Below are positions 27,295-35,072 of a stretch of 64,000 bases of DNA, piece after piece. This DNA comes from Frankiales bacterium (GTDB taxonomy: Bacteria; Actinomycetota; Actinomycetes; Mycobacteriales; SCTD01): NCBI GenBank assembly GCA_025966135.1, contig JAOPVP010000035.1, positions 64,078-128,077 of the forward strand, in the 5' to 3' direction. The position numbers and the translations under genes were made by a program. How positions within the stretch are numbered: the first letter of the stretch is position 1; each line of letters opens with the position of its first letter. The notes beneath the pieces were generated by a model that was given only the letters and a program-made list of their open reading frames with translations, was not told the DNA's origin and searched no databases.

Positions 27295-27442
27295 GTCCAG
27301 AAGGTCAAGACCGACATCCTCGCCCACCGCGGCAGGGAGGCCCGCTACATCGCCAAGGTCGCCGCCGGCCGCAAGATTCTCGAGGTCGTCTTCTACATAC
27401 TCCACGACGGCCAAGGCCCGCTGCCTGACCGCCGCGCCGCGG
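27295..27442 (+). mobile_element. IS110-family transposase C-terminal remnant
   Basis: ..RGREARYIAKVAAGRKILEVVFYILHDGQ.. resembles the conserved C-terminal tail of IS110-family transposases. No intact transposase ORF is present. Confidence 0.45.
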
Positions 27443-27735
27443 ATCTGTGCCGGGCGCGGGACACCGCCACAGGTGAGGGTGTGGACCTGGCTCTGCTCTC
27501 CGCTGCCCACATCTCCGTCGCGCCGATGGGGGTCCGGTCTTGCCGCGCTTCCGCCGGCTTTGGCTTAGTAGTCTCAGCCGAGTCTTTAGACCCAGCCCGA
27601 CAGACCCACGAAACAGACCCATAAAGGCCTGGGACGATCCGGCACGGCCCAACCCCCAGCAGGCCAGAATGGCTGCCTCTGAGCGTGGACCCGAGTTCGT
27701 GGCTGATCCGCGAACGTCCTGCAGACCGAGATTGC

Positions 27736-27909
27736 CACGTGGCACCAGTGGCACGCCGCGTAGCCGATGCTCAGCAGGATCGGTACATCGCGTCTTTGAG
27801 CTTCGACGAAGGCCTCGGGTCCCCACTCGTACCAGTCGACGGGATTCTCCTTGTGCTGCAGGAGATATGGGCTCGTCGAAGCTGCCAAGCGATTCGTCAC
27901 GTCGGCCAC
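27736..27909 (-). pseudogene. 5' fragment of a DUF255 thioredoxin-domain protein gene
   Basis: [53 protein letters not shown] is the canonical N-terminus of this roughly 650-aa family. Similarity stops after CHWCHV. Confidence 0.65.
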
Positions 27910-28069
27910 GCTAGGGCATGGCCGACGACGGCAAATTCGTCACGACCGTGCCGGAAGACAGGCCGGACAGGCCACCCGAGCGAGCGAGGGGAATGGCTGC
28001 GTAGAGCCCGGTCTCCCGGGCCGGCGTGAGCGCCGCGGGGCCGAAGGTCCCGTCGGTGAACCGGGCCGA

Positions 28070-28405
28070 TCAGGGGGGGTCGGCCAGGAAGGCCGACAAC
28101 CGGTCGAGCGAGCCGTCCCAGTCGGCGGCGAGCGCTGCCAGGTAGGACTGCGCGACCTTGATGGGCTCCGACCGGTGCCGGTAGAGCACCCGTCGCCCGC
28201 CGCCGGCGTCGCTGGTCACCAGGCCCGCGTCGGCGAGCAGCGCGAGGTGCTTGGCGATGCCCTGCCGGGTGATCGACAACCGACCGGACAGGTCGGTAGC
28301 GGTGCTCGGTCCGCGCTCGGCCAGCGAGGCGAGGATCGCCCGACGGTTGGGGTCGGCCAGCGCCGCGAAGACGCCGGCCGACACCTCCTCGGGATCAGGC
28401 GGCAT
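28070..28405 (-). CDS. ArsR/SmtB-family HTH transcriptional regulator
   Basis: FAALADPNRRAILASLAERGPSTATDLSGRLSITRQGIAKHLALLADAGLV. Internal ATG at 28405 chosen; the track ORF has an Arg/Ser-rich false extension. Confidence 0.9.
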   Translation of the reverse strand: MPPDPEEVSAGVFAALADPNRRAILASLAERGPSTATDLSGRLSITRQGIAKHLALLADAGLVTSDAGGGRRVLYRHRSEPIKVAQSYLAALAADWDGSLDRLSAFLADPP

Positions 28406-28832
28406 CGAGGTACGACGCGAGCTCGTCCAGCTCCGAGCGCCAGCCCTCGGTGTTGCCCTGGTAGCTGGGCTCCAACCACTCGTCCGGGAGCTGGGCGAAG
28501 CCGCTCTCCGTGACGGTGAGCCGGGTGCCGGACGCGGTCGGCTCGAGCGCGAACTCGACGTAGGTCTGCCGCGGGTCGCCCTCGGGGGCACCGGAGATCC
28601 CCCAGCAGAAGGCGAACACCGACATCGGGTCGAGCACCTTGATCGCGAGGGTTCGCTTCCCGTCGTCGTACTGCTCCCAGCGCATGTGCACGTCGTGGCC
28701 GGGAGTCATCTCCCCGTCGGCGTGGCTGCCAAACCAGCTGGTGATGCCATCGAGGGTGGTGAGGGCGCCCCAGACCTTCGCCTGCGGGTGCGCGAGGTCG
28801 AGGGTGCGGGTGATCGTGTTCGGGATGGGCAT
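28395..28832 (-). CDS. SRPBCC/AHSA1-like domain protein
   Basis: 145 aa with a typical START-like pattern (..KVWGALTTLDGITSWF..). It overlaps the arsR start by 11 nt, the classic ArsR-SRPBCC pair. Confidence 0.8.
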   Translation of the reverse strand: MPIPNTITRTLDLAHPQAKVWGALTTLDGITSWFGSHADGEMTPGHDVHMRWEQYDDGKRTLAIKVLDPMSVFAFCWGISGAPEGDPRQTYVEFALEPTASGTRLTVTESGFAQLPDEWLEPSYQGNTEGWRSELDELASYLDAA

Positions 28833-28843
28833 GGTCCGCTCCT

Positions 28844-28890
28844 ATCGCAACTGTTAGGTTGCGATCAACCTATGGCAACTCTTTGGTTGC
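28844..28890. promoter_or_regulatory. Two operator-like inverted repeats upstream of the SRPBCC-ArsR operon
   Basis: ATCGCAAC-TGTTAG-GTTGCGAT (28844-28865, perfect 8-bp arms) and GCAAC-TCTTTG-GTTGC (28875-28890). Both sit 12-58 nt upstream of the ATG at 28832. Confidence 0.5.
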
Positions 28891-28911
28891 GTCAACCCTG
28901 AGGGCATCAGC

Positions 28912-28928
28912 GCGGGCAGGCAGCCCGC
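28912..28928 (-). terminator. Weak GC hairpin downstream of the substrate-binding protein gene
   Basis: GCGGGC-AGGCA-GCCCGC, with no U-tract. Confidence 0.25.
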
Positions 28929-28934
28929 CCAACC

Positions 28935-29909
28935 TCAGAGGGTGCCGAGCGACCCGTCGCTGGAGAAGACCAGTCCGACCTGGATCTTGCCGGTCTTCAG
29001 AGCGGTCTTGGTCAGCGGGCCGCCGGTGTCCAGCGACACGAACGAGGAGAAGGTCAGGCCGTACTTCTGCTGCAGTCCCAGCTGGCAGAACGGGCGAGTC
29101 GGGCACTCGGGCGGGCCGCCGAGGATGAGCTGCGTCTTGACGTTCTTGAGGTCGCTGAGCTTGGTGAGGTTGTTGGCCGTCGCGAAGTTCTTCGTCACGG
29201 CGAAGGCGTTCTGGTCAGCTGCCGCCGCGGGCGTGAGCACCGACAGGCCCTTCGGCGTCGCCAGGGTCTTCAGCGCGGCGACGGTCGCCGCGAGGTCACC
29301 GCTGGCCTTGGCCGGGGCAGTGGGGCCGTTGGCCTTCTTGTTGAGGAACTCCGTCAGCGTCCCGACGTACTCCGGGAAGGCGTCGAGCTGACCGTGCTCG
29401 AGCGCAGGCTCGTAGACCTCGCGGTTGGTGACCGGCTTGACCGAGGCGTCGAAGCCCGCCGCCTTCAGAGCCAGCACGTAGAGGTTGGCAAGGATCTGGC
29501 TCTCGCCGAAGTTGGCTGCTCCCACCACGATCTTCCCCGAGCCACCCGAGACACCGGTCGCGAGCGACTTCGACGTCGCGTAGTCCGAGGCCACCTGCGC
29601 GGGGGCCTTCCGGTCCACGTCCACCAGCTTGTTGAGGCCGATCAGGTCGGCGGTGGTCAGCGCCGCGGAGACCTTGTCGAGCGCCTGCGTCAGCGCCGGC
29701 GAGACCTTGCTGGTCCGGACCACCGGCACCACGTTGTCGACGGTCTGGAGCTTGAGGTCGTCCGGGAGCACGACAAGGACGTCACCCGCCGAGTTGGAGG
29801 GCTTGCCGCTGGAGCTGCTCGTGACCGTGGCTTTACCGGAGTCGCTGCAACCCGCAAGCAGCAAGGGGATCGCCGCCGCCAGGGCGACGAGGGAAGAGCG
29901 AGCGCGCAT
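28935..29909 (-). CDS. Glycine betaine/choline-type ABC transporter substrate-binding lipoprotein
   Basis: Lipobox LLAGC. OpuAC-like body (..GAANFGESQILANLY..DAFPEYVGT..). ATG at 29909 follows AGGAGG. Confidence 0.85.
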   Translation of the reverse strand: MRARSSLVALAAAIPLLLAGCSDSGKATVTSSSSGKPSNSAGDVLVVLPDDLKLQTVDNVVPVVRTSKVSPALTQALDKVSAALTTADLIGLNKLVDVDRKAPAQVASDYATSKSLATGVSGGSGKIVVGAANFGESQILANLYVLALKAAGFDASVKPVTNREVYEPALEHGQLDAFPEYVGTLTEFLNKKANGPTAPAKASGDLAATVAALKTLATPKGLSVLTPAAAADQNAFAVTKNFATANNLTKLSDLKNVKTQLILGGPPECPTRPFCQLGLQQKYGLTFSSFVSLDTGGPLTKTALKTGKIQVGLVFSSDGSLGTL

Positions 29910-30031
29910 GAAAAACCGCCTCCTGTGTCCCGGCTGTAGGTACAGCCGCGTGTCCGGCGGGTTGGCCCGCTTTCCCTGGACCCTAACCAGGCCTGTGACG
30001 ACGCACCAACCACTGAAACGTTGCGGTCCCG

Positions 30032-30706
30032 TCACACCTCGCGCGGGCCCTTGGTGAGTGAGTGCTGGACTACGGCCAGTGATACCTCCACGAGCACAGC
30101 AAGCGCCGCCACCAGCACACCTCCGGCAGCGGTCTGCGCCGGATCGGCCCGCCCGAAGCCGTCGGCGATGAACCGCCCCAGCCCGCCACCGCCGACGTAC
30201 GCCGCCAGCGTGGCGGTCGCGACGACCTGCACCGCAGCTGTGCGGAACCCGGCAGCGACCAGCGGCAGGGCAAGCGGCAGCTCCACCCGGCGCAGCACCT
30301 GCGCCCCCGACATGCCGTTGCCGCGGGCGGCCTCCACCACGTCCGCGTCCACTCCCCTGACCCCCACGAAGGAGTTGGTCAACAACGGCGGTACGGCGAA
30401 CAAGGTGAGCGCGAACACGGTGGCCCTGTTGCCGAAGCCGATAGGAGTGGCGGCGAACAGGACGAGCACCGCGAAGACCGGCACTGCGCGGGAGGCGTTG
30501 GACAGCGAGATGACCGCGTTGCCGAGCCGCGCGAACCGGCGCGTGTGCCCGAGCCACACTGCCAGCGGGAGGGCCACGACAGCCGCGAGACCCACGGCGG
30601 CACCAGAGATCCAGAGGTGCTCGAACAGGCGGTGCGGGACACCATCCACGCCTCGGTAGTGCGCCCGGTCCCCGAGCCACACAAGGGTGTCCTCGATCAG
30701 GCTCAT
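30032..30706 (-). CDS. ABC transporter permease (osmoprotectant type)
   Basis: Polytopic protein with EAA-like loop VDADVVEAARGNGMSGAQVLRRVELPLALP. ATGA overlap with the upstream permease at 30703-30706. Confidence 0.9.
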   Translation of the reverse strand: MSLIEDTLVWLGDRAHYRGVDGVPHRLFEHLWISGAAVGLAAVVALPLAVWLGHTRRFARLGNAVISLSNASRAVPVFAVLVLFAATPIGFGNRATVFALTLFAVPPLLTNSFVGVRGVDADVVEAARGNGMSGAQVLRRVELPLALPLVAAGFRTAAVQVVATATLAAYVGGGGLGRFIADGFGRADPAQTAAGGVLVAALAVLVEVSLAVVQHSLTKGPREV

Positions 30707-31371
30707 CGGCGCGTCCAGGGCGTGAGGAGGCGCTCCAGCCCCAGCAGCAGCAGATCCGCGACGCCGGCCACCAGCACGCACAGAACCGTGGCGGTGAAGA
30801 TCTCCGCCCGGTACAGGTTGCGGTTGAGGCCCTCGAAGATCAGCTGGCCCAGACCCCCGTTGGAGACGACCACCCCGACCGTGGCGAGCGCGACCGTCGA
30901 CACGGTGGCGACGCGCACGCCGGCCAGCACGGTGGGCAGAGCCAGCGGCAGCTCGACGCGCACCAGCATCCGCAGCCGGCCCATGCCCATGCCACGGGCC
31001 GCCTCCCTCACGTCCTCCGGCACTCCCGCCAGTCCCGCCAGGATGTTGCGGACCAGGACGAGCAGCGTGTAGCCGGTCAGCCCGATCACCACGGTCTTGA
31101 CCGTCAGCCCGGTGATCGGCGCCAGCACCGCGAACAGCGCCAGCGACGGGATCGTGTAGATCACCCCTGTCGCACCGAGCAGCAGCGACTCGGCCCGCGG
31201 GTGCCCCCGCACCAGGAGGGCCAGGGGGATCGCGATGAGCAGGCCGAACCCGACGCCGAGGGCCACCAGCTCGACGTGCTGGCGCGTCGCGGCGACCAGC
31301 ACGTCGGCGTTCTGGCGGACGTAGTCGACACTGATCCACGGATTGGGCGGCGAACCGGAGGCGACCAGCAC
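30703..31371 (-). CDS. ABC transporter permease (osmoprotectant type)
   Basis: EAA-like loop VPEDVREAARGMGMGRLRMLVRVELPLALP. The start is uncertain; GTG at 31371 was chosen. Confidence 0.8.
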   Translation of the reverse strand: MLVASGSPPNPWISVDYVRQNADVLVAATRQHVELVALGVGFGLLIAIPLALLVRGHPRAESLLLGATGVIYTIPSLALFAVLAPITGLTVKTVVIGLTGYTLLVLVRNILAGLAGVPEDVREAARGMGMGRLRMLVRVELPLALPTVLAGVRVATVSTVALATVGVVVSNGGLGQLIFEGLNRNLYRAEIFTATVLCVLVAGVADLLLLGLERLLTPWTRR

Positions 31372-31386
31372 ATGCCAGACGATCCC

Positions 31387-32334
31387 ATGATCTCCCTCGT
31401 CGGCGTCAGCAAGACCTACGCCGACGGCACGGCGGCGGTCAACGAGCTGTCCCTGGACGTGCGTCGTGGCGAGCTCTGCGTGCTCGTCGGCCCGTCGGGC
31501 TGCGGCAAGACGACGACCATGAAGATGATCAACCGGCTCATCGAACCGACCACCGGCCAGGTGCTGCTCGACGGCGAGGACGTCGCCCATACCGATCCCG
31601 TCCAGCTGCGCCGCCGCATCGGCTACGTCATCCAGAACGTCGGCCTGTTCCCCCACCTGCGGGTGCGCGACAACGTCGCGACCGTCCCGACCTTGCTGGG
31701 CTGGGACAGGAAGCGGACGCGTTCGCGCGTCAACGAGCTCCTCGACCTGGTCGGGCTGGCTCCGGACACATACGGCGACCGCTACCCCGCCCAGCTGTCC
31801 GGCGGCCAGCGCCAACGGGTCGGTGTTGCCCGCGCTCTCGCCGCCGATCCCCTGGTACTGCTGATGGACGAGCCGTTCAGCGCCGTCGACCCGGTCGCCC
31901 GCGAGCACCTTCAGACCGAGTTCCTGCGCGTCCAACAAGAGCTCGGTACGACGGTCGTCCTGGTCACCCATGACATCGACGAGGCGGTGCGTCTCGGGGA
32001 CCGGGTCGCGATCCTGCGCCAGGGGGGCCACCTGGAGCAGTACGACGAGCCGGCCACGCTGCTGGTCAGGCCCGCCTCCGACTTCGTCGCCGACTTCGTC
32101 GGTGCCGACCGCGCCGTCAAAGCGCTCTCGGTCACACCGCTGGACCTGACAGGCCTCGAGCCGCCCAACGGCGCGGTCCACGCCTCCGTGCCCTCCAACG
32201 CGGACCTCGGCCAGGTCCTCGCCGCCCTGCTGCTGAGTGACGGCCGGGTGGAGGTCCGCGACGGGGAACGCAGCCTCGGCACCGTCACGGCGGAGACCCT
32301 GCTCAGGCAGGCCCAGCAGGCCCGAGCCCTGTGA
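31387..32334 (+). CDS. ABC transporter ATP-binding protein (osmoprotectant type)
   Basis: Walker A GPSGCGKTT, signature LSGGQRQRV, Walker B LLMDEPFSAVD. Starts MISLVGVSKTY. Confidence 0.9.
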   Translation: MISLVGVSKTYADGTAAVNELSLDVRRGELCVLVGPSGCGKTTTMKMINRLIEPTTGQVLLDGEDVAHTDPVQLRRRIGYVIQNVGLFPHLRVRDNVATVPTLLGWDRKRTRSRVNELLDLVGLAPDTYGDRYPAQLSGGQRQRVGVARALAADPLVLLMDEPFSAVDPVAREHLQTEFLRVQQELGTTVVLVTHDIDEAVRLGDRVAILRQGGHLEQYDEPATLLVRPASDFVADFVGADRAVKALSVTPLDLTGLEPPNGAVHASVPSNADLGQVLAALLLSDGRVEVRDGERSLGTVTAETLLRQAQQARAL

Positions 32335-32340
32335 GGGCGG

Positions 32341-35061
32341 TCAAGGCATGACGTCCCGGCGCGGCTGCTCGGGCACCCACAGAGGGCTGCCCGCAACCGG
32401 CAGCCAGCAGCGCACGGTGGTTCCCACGGCTGCGGGGTCGAGCTCCAGACCCGAGCTGAGCTTGCGCACCAGGAACAGCCCGCGATTGCCCTCCGCATCC
32501 ACGGACGGCAAGCCGCAGTCCGGGAGCTCGTCCAGACCCGGGCCGTCATCGCTGACGGCGATGTTGACCCGGTCCTGCGTCACGGAGACCTCGAGCACCA
32601 CTACGCCGCGCGCAGCCCGCAAAGCATTGGCGAGCAGCTCGGCGATGATCAAGGCGGCATCGCCGGCCTGCAGGCCGCGGTCGTCGAGCCAGCGCACTGC
32701 ATCGCGCCTGGCCTGGTGCACGGCGTGCCGGTCCGGCCGGAGCTGCCACCGACACGAGGCCGGAGACTGCTGCGGAAGCGCAGTCACAAGGGTGGTCCGC
32801 CGGACGACCAGGGCGAGCGTGTCATCGCGCCGGTCGGCGCCGGCCAGGGCGCGGGCGACGAGCTCATCGGTCATCTCCGCGACCGGGAGGTGCACCACCG
32901 AGGCGGCTTCCCGGCACAGGCTCTCCAACCCCTCGATGATGTCCTTGCGAGCCTCGACGAGGCCGTCGGTGTAGAGCAGCAACGCGTCGCCGGACTCGAG
33001 CACCACCTCCTCGACGCCGTCGCTTCCGGCTCCTGGCCAACCGATCGCACCCCCGGTCGCCGTGATCTGCCGGACCCGGCCGTCGGCCGACACCACGAGG
33101 GCAGGGGGATGACCTCCTGAGGCGACGCGCAGCAGACCCGTACGCGGGTCAAGCCGGGCCAGCACCACGGTCGCCACCAGCTCGGGATCCTGCCGCTCGA
33201 GCAGCGTCGAGGCCCGCTCGACCATCGCCTCGAGCGGCGTGCCGTCCAGCGCGACGGCGCGCAGGGTGTGCACGACGGACAGCGCCGACTTCGTCGCGGC
33301 GACCCCATGCCCGAGCACGTCGACCACGACGATGTGCAGCTCGCCGCTGGGCATCACCTGCCAGTCCCACAAGTCGCCACCGGTCGGCTCCTTCGGGTCG
33401 GAGGCGACATACGCAACCGCGAGATCCAGACCCTCGACCACCGGGGTCTCGGGCACGACGGCCGCCTGCAGCTGCTCGACGACGAGACGGCGCGCCGCCT
33501 CCTGCTCGACGAGCCGGTGGAACTCCGCGCGCAGTGCCTCGAACTCCTGCACCGGTGTCACGTCACGCGCGACGACGACGAGGCTGCGTCCCGTCTCGTC
33601 GTCGGCATGGCTGTACGAGCAGGCCAGACGCCGTCGTCCGCCGACCCGACTGCGCACTGACAGCTCCTGCGGGAGCGGCACTCCCGCAGCCCAGTCGGCG
33701 AGGTCCACGGGCTCGCCGGTCGGCGTGCGTGCATCCAGCCTCGCCAGGGCGTCGAGACGGCCGACGACCAACCGCTCGGGCAGGCCGGTGATGGCCGTCA
33801 GGGCCGGGTTCCACGACCTCACGGTGCCGTCCTCGCCGAGCGAGGCGATGCCGTCCGAGGTCGCGCTGACGACCGTCGACAGCTTCCGCCGCTCCTCCAG
33901 GACCGAGTCGAGCAGCCGCCCCTTCGCGAAGGCACCGGCGGCCTCGCGCGCCAACGCCTCCAGCACGCTCAGCTGTCCCTCCGGCGCCCCTTCGATGCCC
34001 GCCTGGTCAAGCAGGAGCAGGGCGCCGAGCACCTTGCCGGCGTCGAGCATCGGTGCCGCGAGGCAGTCGTGACGACCGGCCTGCCGCAGCGCCGACGAGA
34101 GCGGGTCCGCACCGGCCGCAGTCAGGCGGAGCGGACCCAGCTGGGCGGCCAGAGCCGCCTCCAGCGTCGCTGCATCCTCCGCCTCCATGTGCACCTCATG
34201 ACCCTCCGCGTCGAGGTCGACGCGGTGCACCTCACGACCGCCTTCGACCTTCAGCACGAGGGTCGCGGCGCGCGTCTCGAAGACCTCCGCGGCGGCCCGC
34301 AGGAAGTCCGGGATCACCGTGCGTGGGTCGAGCGGCTCAGCAAGCACCTGGGCTGCCCGGTGCATGCCGGCAAGGCGCGCCCGGTCTGCGCGCGCTGCGG
34401 CGTACCCGCGGTAGGCCAGGTGCAGGACGACGAGCGGAACCGGTGCCAGGAGAAGGGCGAACGCAGCCGCCTGGTGCGCCAGCGCGAACAGCAACCCCAG
34501 CAGCGCGTTGACCCCAAGACCGATCGCCCAGGCCGTCCCGACGACCGGCCGCAGGCCGCGGAGATCGGCGCCGAGGACGAGCAGCACGCCGCTGAACGCG
34601 GCGATATTGACCAGCCCGACGACCAGGACGGCGGCGACCAGCAGGGCTGCGCCCCTCCAGGTGGCCGGATCCGCCTTGTGCATGGACGTCCACACCGCGG
34701 CACCGACCGCCGTCGCCAGTGACCACTGCGTCACGTTGAACACGGCCTTCACCGGTGCGTTGCGACGGACGGCGGCGGCGATGGCCTGACCCGCCGCCAC
34801 CGCGAGCACACCACCGATCGTCGGTGCTATGACGAGCAGCGGGGCGATCGCTGCCTCGACGAGGTTGCTTCCGTCGACCTGCCGTCCCAGTCGGAAGCGG
34901 ACCTGCAGGAACTCTGCCGCAGCGACCAGCAGGGCGAGCAGCGGCAGCAAGACGGTGTCCTGGTCGGTGAGGTGCCTGACCGGCAGCTGGGCAGACACAG
35001 CGACGCCGGCCGCCACCAGGAGCAGGACGAGAACCCACACCGCACGACGACGGGCAGCCAC
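32341..35061 (-). CDS. Membrane-anchored GAF/PAS sensor fused to a SpoIIE/PP2C phosphatase and an RsbW-like ATPase domain
   Basis: N-terminal multi-TM region, PP2C block (GGDLWDW..VVDVLGHG..LLLYTDGL) and a C-terminal HATPase-like tail. GTG at 35061 chosen because the track start overlaps the S8 peptidase gene. Confidence 0.8.
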   Translation of the reverse strand: MAARRRAVWVLVLLLVAAGVAVSAQLPVRHLTDQDTVLLPLLALLVAAAEFLQVRFRLGRQVDGSNLVEAAIAPLLVIAPTIGGVLAVAAGQAIAAAVRRNAPVKAVFNVTQWSLATAVGAAVWTSMHKADPATWRGAALLVAAVLVVGLVNIAAFSGVLLVLGADLRGLRPVVGTAWAIGLGVNALLGLLFALAHQAAAFALLLAPVPLVVLHLAYRGYAAARADRARLAGMHRAAQVLAEPLDPRTVIPDFLRAAAEVFETRAATLVLKVEGGREVHRVDLDAEGHEVHMEAEDAATLEAALAAQLGPLRLTAAGADPLSSALRQAGRHDCLAAPMLDAGKVLGALLLLDQAGIEGAPEGQLSVLEALAREAAGAFAKGRLLDSVLEERRKLSTVVSATSDGIASLGEDGTVRSWNPALTAITGLPERLVVGRLDALARLDARTPTGEPVDLADWAAGVPLPQELSVRSRVGGRRRLACSYSHADDETGRSLVVVARDVTPVQEFEALRAEFHRLVEQEAARRLVVEQLQAAVVPETPVVEGLDLAVAYVASDPKEPTGGDLWDWQVMPSGELHIVVVDVLGHGVAATKSALSVVHTLRAVALDGTPLEAMVERASTLLERQDPELVATVVLARLDPRTGLLRVASGGHPPALVVSADGRVRQITATGGAIGWPGAGSDGVEEVVLESGDALLLYTDGLVEARKDIIEGLESLCREAASVVHLPVAEMTDELVARALAGADRRDDTLALVVRRTTLVTALPQQSPASCRWQLRPDRHAVHQARRDAVRWLDDRGLQAGDAALIIAELLANALRAARGVVVLEVSVTQDRVNIAVSDDGPGLDELPDCGLPSVDAEGNRGLFLVRKLSSGLELDPAAVGTTVRCWLPVAGSPLWVPEQPRRDVMP

Positions 35062-35072
35062 GGCAGGTGAAC

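Noticed and set aside
28935-32181. Very long minus-strand track ORFs (581, 435 and 492 aa) across the osmoprotectant transporter genes
   Set aside because: The real genes begin at internal starts marked by ATGA overlap, an SD sequence or a lipobox. The upstream parts are junk frames, and one runs antisense through the + strand ATPase gene.
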